Shown piece after piece: positions 53,922-61,665 of a DNA stretch of 64,000 bases. The notes beneath the pieces were generated by a model. That model had not been told where the DNA came from. It saw only the letters and a list, made by a program, of their open reading frames with translations, and did not search any database. Position 1 is the stretch's first letter. Each line of letters begins with the position of its first letter. The position numbers and the translations under genes were made by a program. The DNA comes from Terriglobia bacterium (GTDB lineage: Bacteria > Acidobacteriota > Terriglobia > Terriglobales > Acidobacteriaceae), in assembly GCA_963797035.1 (NCBI GenBank), contig CAWCOC010000018.1:65589-129588 (forward strand), read 5' to 3'.

Positions 53922-56900
53922 GTGATCAGTCCCAGCCCGCTCGCTTTCGGCTCACAGGCTCCGAACATAGCCAGCGCACCGCTGCCGTTCTCGATCACCA
54001 ATACCGGCAACGCTGACCTGCAGATTACCTCGATAACATTTGGGGGAACCAATGCGGCGGAGTTCTCGTTCCCCGCGAACTTCACTCCACCCACTGCCGC
54101 AGCGCCCCTGGTGGTAGCTGCCAACAGCGCAGCCAATCTGAGCGTGATTTTCACCCCCAGCGGTTTGGGGCCGAGGTCGGCGACCCTCAGCTTTGCCGAC
54201 AATGCGACGACCAGCCCACAAACGCTTCCCTTGTCGGGCACAGGCAATGGACCGACGGGGACGCTGAGCACCCACAGCATCCTGTTCCCCAACCAGGGCA
54301 AGAATACGACCAGTTCGCCAATCACGGTGACGATCACGAATACGGGAACGGCGCCCCTGAACATCACCGGCTTCACCTTCACGGGTACGAATGCCTCGGA
54401 CTTTGCGACCACCGCGGTGCCGGGCACAGTGCAGGTGAATGGGTCGATGAATATCCCAATAACGTTTACTCCATCCGATCTCGGCGCGCGGAGCGCAAAT
54501 CTGCAGATCGCAGACAACGCAGCCGACACTCCGCAAGTCGTAACGCTCAGCGGCACCGGCGTGAACGCCCCGATCTTTAGAGTCACTCCGTCACCCCTGC
54601 TATTCCCAGATCCGCAACAAGGCGGCGTGCCCAGTTCGCCGTTGCTATTGACCGTCAGCAATCCCGGGACCGCCGACCTGGTGCTGAACGGCATCACCAT
54701 CTCGGGCGCGAATCCGGGAGATTTCAGCTTCTCCATCGCCGGCGGCGGCAGCTTCCCGCAGACGGTTTCGCCCAATGGCTCCCTGGGTGTCAATGTTGTC
54801 TTTACGCCGAGCGGCGGTGACCTTCGTTCCGCAAACCTCCAGTTCTCCGACAATGCGATTGGCAGTCCGCATTCGGTGTCAGTCAGCGGCACCGGGATTG
54901 CATCGCTACCAACCTGCGTCCTCAGTCCAACCAGCCTCCAGTTCCAGGCTCAGCCGGTGAATACCACCAGCTTGCCGCTCACCGTCACCTGCACCAACAC
55001 CGGCCAGAGTGACCTGGAAGTGACCAGCGTGTCGTTCAGCGGCTCCGCTGCCTCGGAATTCGCGGTAACGCCGAACGCCAACTTCCTAGTGAGGAGAAAT
55101 GGTGGAATCGCGACGTTGAGCGTTACCTTCACCCCAACGGCGCAGACGAATCGCACGGCGACCATGTTGATCGTCAGTAACGCCGCGAATTCGCCGCAAG
55201 GCGTGCCGGTGTCGGGCAGCGGTCGAGGCCAAGGCCAGATCAGCCTCTCCGGATTGAGCCTGGGCAAGAACCTGCAAACGCTGGCCACCGGTTCGCTGGA
55301 CGTCGCGCCCAGCAGCCCGCTCACGGTGACCATTACCAGCAGCGATCCGACCAAGGTCTTATTGGTTTCCTCAGCGACCGATCCCAATGGAACGACGCAA
55401 GGCGCGGCCCAGATTACGGGCACGGTGCCGGCCGGCCAGGGGAAATTCGGCTTCGGGTTCCCGGGATTCTGGGTGCAGGGACTGGCCTCGTCGGGCTCGG
55501 CGCAGATCACGATCAGCGCACCCGGTTATCAGCCGGCCAGCGCGACCGCGACACTGACGCCCTCCGGCTTTATTTTGAACAGCCCCTCGGGGGCGGGCGC
55601 GAGTTTCAACGCCGTGGTGGGCGTCAACTCCAACTTAAGTGTGAGCCCGGTGCAATTGGATGGCGCCGGAAACATCGTGTCCACCAGCCAGGTGCTACGC
55701 GGCGGAATCAGCGCGAGCGTCGACGTGACTGCCGGACCACCGTCGGTGGGCGTGATCGGAAATAGTCCTGCCGTCCTGCAAGGAGGGTCCGCCTCCAGCA
55801 GCACCGTCCTGTTCCAGCCGCTGAGTGTTGGCAGCAGCACGATCAGCATTTCGCAGCCGAGCGGATACAGCACGCCGGCGGTCGATACGCAACTCACCGC
55901 GACCGTCAAGTCGCCGGTCCTGGCCTTGAATTCGGCATCCCTCGGGTATAACCAGCAAGCGCCTGGCGCCGGCCAACTGACGCCCCCTTCGAGCCCGGTG
56001 ACGGTGACGGTCACGAGCTCGGATCCGTCGAAGGTGCTGCTATCGTTGAGCCCGACGGCTGTGGGCAGCGGCAGTGTCATGTTGTCGGTTCCCGCCAACA
56101 CGTCCGCGCTGCCCCAGTTCTATCTGCAGGGCCTGGCCTCCTCCGGGCAGGTTACGTTGACGGCCACCGCCCCGGGTTATACCAACGGCACCAGCAGTGT
56201 CGGGCTGACGCCCTCGGCTTTCATTCTGAATGGTCCCAACGGGACTGCGAACTTCACTACGACTACGTTTTCAGGCGCCACCAACCTGTCGCTTTCCCTC
56301 TGGCAACTGGATACGGCATCGCGGCCGTTTTCAGGAGGGCAGTTGCGGCCCGGCCGGTCGGAATCCATCAGCGTGACGAGCAGCACGCCGAGCACGGGCG
56401 CGATTGTCGGCAGCCCGGCCGCCTTCAACGGGGGCGACGTGTCGAACAACAACCTGGCGTTTGACCCGGCGACGAACTGCATCACGCCGTGCACCACCAC
56501 GCTGAACGTGGTGCAACCGGCGGGGTACGGTACGCCCGCTTCCGGAGGACAAATCGGGGTCACGGTCACGGCGCCGGCCATCACCCTGCGCATTAATGAA
56601 CCCACCATCGGCAACAACCTTGAAGTTCAAGCCACGGGATCGCTCGACGGGCCTTCGCCCACCGATCTGCAGGTGACCATCACCAGCGACAATCCGAGTG
56701 TGTGGCTCTCGACCTCGCCGTTCACGCCGGGGGCACAAACCCTGAATCTGACGGTTCCGGCCGGCAGCGGAGTCAATGCGATTGGATTCCCTGCCTACTA
56801 CATCCAGGCGCTCGCCAGCTCCGGTACCGCGCACCTCACGATCAGCGCTCCCGGGTACTTGACCACGACCAGTTCGGTCACGCTGGCGCCCTCGGCCCTG

Positions 56901-57239
56901 GTGCTCTCCGGCCCCAACGGCGTGGGTGCGAATTTCGGGACCTTACTGACCAATGGCAGTGTGGGCTTGCAGGTGATCGCCGTGGTCCTGGATTCCACGG
57001 GTTCGCCCTCGCAGATCTTGCAGCAGGTACGCGGAGGCCTGTCACCTTCGGTGACGGTGACCAGCGACAGCCCGGCCGCCGTTGTCTCCGGCAGCCCGCT
57101 GACCATTGCTGCCGGAACTTCCAGCGGCAGCGTAACTCTGCAACTGCAAGCCAAGGGTACGGCGAATATCTCGGCGACTACGCCGCCGGGATTTACCACG
57201 CCGGCCTTTGGCACTCACTTGACGGCGCAGATTAATTAG
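53922..57239 (+). CDS. giant repeat protein 2, 3' part (continues 48691..53783 after a 1-nt frameshift)
   Basis: The same frame read upstream from 53781 gives QGGTTTIPIQFKPGDTGSRQGKLLLTDNALDTPQSVSLIGNG, the missing end of the interrupted repeat. About 5 more choice-of-anchor-D-like repeats and the 3 C-terminal modules of about 225 aa (55213-57239) follow, collinear with giant gene 1. Confidence 0.88.
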   Translation: MISPSPLAFGSQAPNIASAPLPFSITNTGNADLQITSITFGGTNAAEFSFPANFTPPTAAAPLVVAANSAANLSVIFTPSGLGPRSATLSFADNATTSPQTLPLSGTGNGPTGTLSTHSILFPNQGKNTTSSPITVTITNTGTAPLNITGFTFTGTNASDFATTAVPGTVQVNGSMNIPITFTPSDLGARSANLQIADNAADTPQVVTLSGTGVNAPIFRVTPSPLLFPDPQQGGVPSSPLLLTVSNPGTADLVLNGITISGANPGDFSFSIAGGGSFPQTVSPNGSLGVNVVFTPSGGDLRSANLQFSDNAIGSPHSVSVSGTGIASLPTCVLSPTSLQFQAQPVNTTSLPLTVTCTNTGQSDLEVTSVSFSGSAASEFAVTPNANFLVRRNGGIATLSVTFTPTAQTNRTATMLIVSNAANSPQGVPVSGSGRGQGQISLSGLSLGKNLQTLATGSLDVAPSSPLTVTITSSDPTKVLLVSSATDPNGTTQGAAQITGTVPAGQGKFGFGFPGFWVQGLASSGSAQITISAPGYQPASATATLTPSGFILNSPSGAGASFNAVVGVNSNLSVSPVQLDGAGNIVSTSQVLRGGISASVDVTAGPPSVGVIGNSPAVLQGGSASSSTVLFQPLSVGSSTISISQPSGYSTPAVDTQLTATVKSPVLALNSASLGYNQQAPGAGQLTPPSSPVTVTVTSSDPSKVLLSLSPTAVGSGSVMLSVPANTSALPQFYLQGLASSGQVTLTATAPGYTNGTSSVGLTPSAFILNGPNGTANFTTTTFSGATNLSLSLWQLDTASRPFSGGQLRPGRSESISVTSSTPSTGAIVGSPAAFNGGDVSNNNLAFDPATNCITPCTTTLNVVQPAGYGTPASGGQIGVTVTAPAITLRINEPTIGNNLEVQATGSLDGPSPTDLQVTITSDNPSVWLSTSPFTPGAQTLNLTVPAGSGVNAIGFPAYYIQALASSGTAHLTISAPGYLTTTSSVTLAPSALVLSGPNGVGANFGTLLTNGSVGLQVIAVVLDSTGSPSQILQQVRGGLSPSVTVTSDSPAAVVSGSPLTIAAGTSSGSVTLQLQAKGTANISATTPPGFTTPAFGTHLTAQIN

Positions 57240-57283
57240 TCAGGTGCCGACCCTGAACCGCTTGTTCGATTGACGTGTTGTAG

Positions 57284-58282
57284 GTGTACAAGGGAGGGAT
57301 GCGTCGCGGAGGTGGTCGATTGCGCCGTAAAGGGTTGTGGGTCGCAGCACTGGGGATCTGCGTTGCTCTCCTGGTTGGGCAGGCGAGCAGTGAAGTCCTG
57401 GACAAGCTCTTTCTCAACAGCACTGTCCTGATTTCCTATAGCGTCACCGCGCCTCCCCATTCGGCGTCCGATACAAAGCTGCCGGCCAAGCCGGCCCAAC
57501 CCGTGGGCGTCCTGAATGGAACGGGCTTCCTGCTATTCGGCGACCTGGGTGTGGCCAAGGGCACGGTGTACCTGATCACCAACCGGCACGTGCTTCCTCC
57601 CGAAGGCGCGCGGAAAGAGATCCAGATCAGGGTGGTGGTGCGACTGGGTGACGGCACTACCAAGATCGACGAAATCTCGGTCCCCATCGTCGGCAGCAAC
57701 GGCAAATACCTGCCGACCGTGCGCGTCCACAAGGATCCGGCAACCGACGTGGCCGCGGTGAACATTGGCACCGCCGCGTTCGGCTCCCGCTTCAGCCTGC
57801 TGGTGGAGGCCATCAAGACGGGCAAGTATTTGAACCCGTCGATGCTGCTGACCACGGAACGAATGCGCACCGCAAATGTCGGCGTGGGAACGCCGGTCTA
57901 CATCCTCGGATATCCGGCGGCGATTTTTGATCCGCGGAATGTTTCCCCGGTCTTGCGCGTCGGGGTGATCTCCACCGACCCCCAGGAAGGTTTTAACTTC
58001 AATCCCGAACTCCGCCAAACCATGGGTTTCCCGGAGCACATGAACGGATTCCTGCTGGATGCGAACATCTATCCCGGATCAAGTGGGAGCCTGGTTGTTC
58101 TCGCACCCGAAAACTGCGGTTGCAGCAAGGACGCCGCGCCACAGCGTACCTACATCCTGGGCATCGTCAGCGGTTCCATTCCGATTTTCGACGCGTCGCT
58201 TCACGCCTACTCCCGGATTGGATTGGGCATGGTGTATTCGGCCGATACGATTCGTGAGGTCCTGGACAGCTTTCGCCGGTAA
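57284..58282 (+). CDS. trypsin-like (S1/PA clan) serine protease, membrane-anchored or secreted
   Basis: Triad context: TNRHVL (His), DVAAVNIG (Asp), YPGSSGSLV (Ser). The N-terminal hydrophobic segment is GLWVAALGICVALLVG. The start is either GTG 57284 or ATG 57299. Confidence 0.85.
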   Translation: MYKGGMRRGGGRLRRKGLWVAALGICVALLVGQASSEVLDKLFLNSTVLISYSVTAPPHSASDTKLPAKPAQPVGVLNGTGFLLFGDLGVAKGTVYLITNRHVLPPEGARKEIQIRVVVRLGDGTTKIDEISVPIVGSNGKYLPTVRVHKDPATDVAAVNIGTAAFGSRFSLLVEAIKTGKYLNPSMLLTTERMRTANVGVGTPVYILGYPAAIFDPRNVSPVLRVGVISTDPQEGFNFNPELRQTMGFPEHMNGFLLDANIYPGSSGSLVVLAPENCGCSKDAAPQRTYILGIVSGSIPIFDASLHAYSRIGLGMVYSADTIREVLDSFRR

Positions 58283-58565
58283 CCGGCGCCCGCCAGCGCA
58301 GAATCTGTTTTGAGCCCAAAAAAAGCAATTGGCTGGGCAGGAGGATCCCCATCCACCACCCAGCCAATAGGTCTTGTAACGGTTCGCTCTTCTGAGGGCC
58401 CCTTTGCAGCCTGTGGCTGCTATTTCGTCCCTCTATAGGTAAGACGGAAAGGGCACCAAAGCTTGCAAAAAATCTTAAAGAAAATTTTGGTTGATTTTGA
58501 GGGCGCCGCGGAGCTGCGGGTGTCAACTTGAGACAGGTTTTCAGAGGACTGCTGCAGGTTAGCTT

Positions 58566-59675
58566 TTACGGTGTAACCACAATCGACTGCGGGCTGGCGC
58601 CGGCGGTGGCTGTGCCTACGCTCTTCAGGGCGCCGCTGCTGATGCTGTAGATCGAGATTGTGCCTGCTCCCGAGTTGATCGCGTACAGGTAGGAACCCGC
58701 CGAATCCACAACGATGTCTGTCGGCCCGGTACCGGCGGCGAAGGGCGCTCCGGTAATGATCGTGAGCGAGCCATCGCTGGCAATGGTGTAGGCGGAAACG
58801 TTGTCAGAGCTCTGGTTAGCGGTGAACACATACTTGCCATTGGGGTCGGTTGTCACCGCCCTGGGAGCGCCGCCCGCGGGAATCAGGCCCGAACTGATCA
58901 GCCACAAGTCGCCGTCGCTGGCGCTGATGGCGTAGTTACACAAACCCGAATTTCCATCGGCCACGAAGGCAAAGCGCGCGGTCGGCGAAAACGCAATATC
59001 CATGGCGGCGGCACAGGGCTGCGCGGCCACAGTGTGCAGTGCAGTCAGAGAGCCGTCGCTGCCGATGCCGAAAACCTGGACACCGGAAAGTCCCAGCGCG
59101 ACGTAGAGAAATCGCCCGGTTGGATCCACGTGGGCGCGCAGCGGCTTGGCTGCCAGCGCAAAGGTGGATCCAAGTGCCGTCAATGCTCCCGTCTTGCTGT
59201 TCACCTTGTAGGCGGAAACATCGTTGGATCCGCCGTTGGCGACGAACACGAAGCGCGCTTGCGGGTCCACGGCGACGGCGGCCGGGGAGCTGCCCGTGGC
59301 AAACGGCGAACCCGCAATCGCGGTGAGGACGCCGGTGCTGCTATCGATCGTGAACCCCGATACTCCTCCGCCCTGGCTGGCCACGAACAGGTATTTTCCC
59401 GCAGCGTCGATGCCCACGGAGTTAGGCCCCGTACCGGCCCCGAATGGCGAATTCGCGGTTGCGGATACCCCTCCGGTTGAGCTGTCGAGGACATAGGCTG
59501 AGACCGTACCTGCCGCGCCATTGGCAACATAGGCGAACTTCGCGGGGACCGCAGTGCTGGCGGCGGTGGTGGACGTGGTGTCCGTTGTCTGCTGCCAAAA
59601 ACCATGACCACCGCAGCTCAGCAAAACGCCGGCAAGGGCTGCGGTCAGGAAACGAATTTGCCAACACCACCGCAT
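58566..59675 (-). CDS. 7-bladed beta-propeller (lactonase / YVTN-repeat type) lipoprotein
   Basis: The lipobox is LAGVLLSC|GG. Seven repeats are visible: FAYVANGAAGTVSAY, YLFVASQGGGVSGF, FVFVANGGSNDVSAY, FLYVALGLSGVQVF, FAFVADGNSGLCNY, YVFTANQSSDNVSAY and YLYAINSGAGTISIY. Confidence 0.88.
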   Translation of the reverse strand: MRWCWQIRFLTAALAGVLLSCGGHGFWQQTTDTTSTTAASTAVPAKFAYVANGAAGTVSAYVLDSSTGGVSATANSPFGAGTGPNSVGIDAAGKYLFVASQGGGVSGFTIDSSTGVLTAIAGSPFATGSSPAAVAVDPQARFVFVANGGSNDVSAYKVNSKTGALTALGSTFALAAKPLRAHVDPTGRFLYVALGLSGVQVFGIGSDGSLTALHTVAAQPCAAAMDIAFSPTARFAFVADGNSGLCNYAISASDGDLWLISSGLIPAGGAPRAVTTDPNGKYVFTANQSSDNVSAYTIASDGSLTIITGAPFAAGTGPTDIVVDSAGSYLYAINSGAGTISIYSISSGALKSVGTATAGASPQSIVVTP

Positions 59676-59990
59676 AATAGGCTTCTCTCGCTGTTAATTG
59701 CACTCCTTACACCACTTCGCGGCACCGGAATCGGTTGGAAACAACCATTCGACGGCAATCGACGCGCTCGCCGGCCTAGGCGAAGATGAAACCTGTTGCA
59801 CATGAAACGGAACTCTCGTGGCTTTTCACCCCTCCTGCACCGTCATTCCTGCGCCGCCTATGTTGGCGTAAACAGGTTGCTTATTACCAAAGTACCCAGA
59901 TCGCAACTGCCTGAAAATGTGCATACAGTTGCTCTTTCTCCGCAACAGGCCATGCGTTTTTTGCCTAAACCTTTGGACTAGCCGAAGCGG

Positions 59991-60006
59991 TGGCACCGGC
60001 CTTGCA
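59991..60006 (+). promoter_or_regulatory. sigma-54 (RpoN) -24/-12 promoter
   Basis: TGGCAC-CGGCC-TTGCA is an exact match to TGGCAC-N5-TTGCW. It lies 50 nt upstream of the PEP-CTERM gene ATG (60056), which has its own GGAGGGAG ribosome-binding site. Confidence 0.7.
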
Positions 60007-60055
60007 CCTTGCCGGGGTGCAATCGGTGGTCTCCAAGACACCGGAGGGAGTAACG

Positions 60056-60778
60056 ATGCGCCCTGCTTTACGTTCTTTCGCGGTTGTCGGCTGTCTTCTT
60101 ATGCTCAGCTGTCTTGCCGCGGCAGACCTGGTGAACAATTCTTCAACCGGGCTCTCCGCGCCATCCGGCACCATCACATTCGACTCCCAAGCTGGCTTTT
60201 ATGACGGATATCTGGTCAGCACCGAATACCAGGCGCTGGGCGCAACCTTCTCCGGGTTCGGCTGGGACAACTCGGACCTGGGCCAAACCGGCTCGCTGGG
60301 CTTTTCCGGCGGCGATCTGGTGAATGGCTTTACGGGGTTTCCGGGGCAAATACCCTCCGGCTCCGTGCCCATGACCATTAACTTCGTTCTTGGCCCGGTC
60401 AGCGCTGCTACCTTTGCCGCCGTCGACAGCGGCGGCCAGTACATGGTGGAGGCGTACCTGGGTAGCGCGCTGGTAGAAAGCTTCCTCGCCACCATCGGCG
60501 CCAATCCCGGCGCATACTTCGGGTTCACCAACGAAGCGGGATTCGACTCCATCACAATCACCGCGCTTGGTCAGTCGTCGATTTCGATCGACAATCTGCA
60601 GTACACCCTTGCCCCAATTAACAACGGCGGCAGCGGTGACCCGGGGACTGGTGGTACTGGTGATAATGGCAACCCACCTCCGGTAGAAGTTCCCGAGCCT
60701 GCCAGCCTGGCCTTAATCAGCTCCGGGCTGGTGCTGGTGGCCCTGCGCCGGCGATTCGCGCTGCGGGCGCCGCGTTAG
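60056..60778 (+). CDS. PEP-CTERM sorting-domain protein
   Basis: Signal peptide MRPALRSFAVVGCLLMLSCLAAA. The C-terminus VPEPASLALISSGLVLVALRRRF has the PEP motif, a TM helix and an Arg cluster. Confidence 0.88.
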   Translation: MRPALRSFAVVGCLLMLSCLAAADLVNNSSTGLSAPSGTITFDSQAGFYDGYLVSTEYQALGATFSGFGWDNSDLGQTGSLGFSGGDLVNGFTGFPGQIPSGSVPMTINFVLGPVSAATFAAVDSGGQYMVEAYLGSALVESFLATIGANPGAYFGFTNEAGFDSITITALGQSSISIDNLQYTLAPINNGGSGDPGTGGTGDNGNPPPVEVPEPASLALISSGLVLVALRRRFALRAPR

Positions 60779-60795
60779 CGCACAGGCCAGCCTGA

Positions 60796-61488
60796 CTACT
60801 CACCCGGGGTAGAACAACTGCAGCTACCCCGGCCGCTGCCCAGGTAGCGCACGAACAAACAACTGCTCGACAGAAAATTGGCCTCGTCAGGCCCGAGCGG
60901 TACAACCGGCAGGGGAGCCTCGGTAACGAACGTCGAATTGCCGCTTACTTCCAAGTGAGTGCCGAATCCGGTGGCCAGGGTAGCGTCCGAATACGCGAAG
61001 GGCGAAATCGGAGTGCAACCGGTCGTCGGGGCTTGCAGCAACAGGATCTTGACCACGCCCGCAGCCGGAACTGCGCCGGTCAACGTACTACTGGTTAACT
61101 GGGCACCCACCCGGGCGCTCAGCAATCCGTTGGGAGTGATCCGGCAGGAACAACAAGCCACCATGGCCTGGTCGGCGTCGTAGACGTAGATGTTGGCGCA
61201 GATGTCGCCTTTTCCTGGCACCCCATTCGGACCCCAACCGAGGCTGTCCAGCGGCGTGCCGTTCACGCCAACATTGATGATGCGCAGCAACTGGTCCGCT
61301 GCAGCCCCCGGACCCCGGTTGCCGGAATAACGGGCCACCATGCAAGTTTGCGGCGGAGGCGTTTGCGCCAGCAGCGTCGGACAAGCCATCAACGCCACAA
61401 AGGCAACAACAGCCCATCGCAGCCTTCTCGAGGCTGTTCCCGCATACGGACGGCGGGTTACCGGGGCACTCAAAGCGCACGGCTCCAC
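60796..61488 (-). CDS. Cys-rich secreted protein of unknown family (paralogue B)
   Basis: GTG start, with signal-like RRLRWAVVAFVALMACPTLLAQ. It shares GDICANIYVYDADQAMVACCSCRITPNGLLSARVGAQLTSSTLTGAVPAAGVVKIL and FLSSSCLFVRYLGSGRGSCSCS with 45654..46301. Confidence 0.8.
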   Translation of the reverse strand: MEPCALSAPVTRRPYAGTASRRLRWAVVAFVALMACPTLLAQTPPPQTCMVARYSGNRGPGAAADQLLRIINVGVNGTPLDSLGWGPNGVPGKGDICANIYVYDADQAMVACCSCRITPNGLLSARVGAQLTSSTLTGAVPAAGVVKILLLQAPTTGCTPISPFAYSDATLATGFGTHLEVSGNSTFVTEAPLPVVPLGPDEANFLSSSCLFVRYLGSGRGSCSCSTPGE

Positions 61489-61560
61489 AGCTTTAGTGTG
61501 CGCGAGGACCCGGCAGCAAACAATTCTCCTGATTGGTTAAGCGGGCGGTCTAGGCCATCC

Positions 61561-61583
61561 GGACTAACCCGTTCGGTTAGTCC
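61561..61583. promoter_or_regulatory. 23-bp palindrome GGACTAACC-CGTTC-GGTTAGTCC
   Basis: Perfect 9-bp arms, read directly. It lies 73 bp upstream of Cys-rich gene B (start 61488, -) and 83 bp upstream of ATG 61666 (+). Confidence 0.45.
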
Positions 61584-61665
61584 ACTTGCAGTCTGTCCAA
61601 ATTGCCCGCTTTGCGGCACCCTGTAGCTTCCTCCCCGCTGCGCTACTGTGCCAAACCTTCGACGC

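Noticed and set aside
58328-58368. Hairpin ATTGGCTGGG-N21-CCCAGCCAAT between convergent genes, as a bidirectional terminator
   Set aside because: The loop is large (21 nt) and there is no U-tract on the plus side. Only an A-run precedes it. It is plausible but not supportable as a terminator.
58452-58468. Sigma-54-like GGCAC-N6-TTGCA in the protease/propeller intergenic region
   Set aside because: The GG-to-GC spacing is one nt too long, the first T is missing, and no plus-strand gene follows for 1.6 kb.
43661-61583. GGACTA(A/G) and CTAG-containing words recurring in intergenic regions (44137, 44390, 45497, 59975, 61561) as a distinct motif
   Set aside because: A hexamer of this composition is expected roughly 20-30 times by chance in 128 kb of both strands. 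Without counts I report only the longer palindromes.
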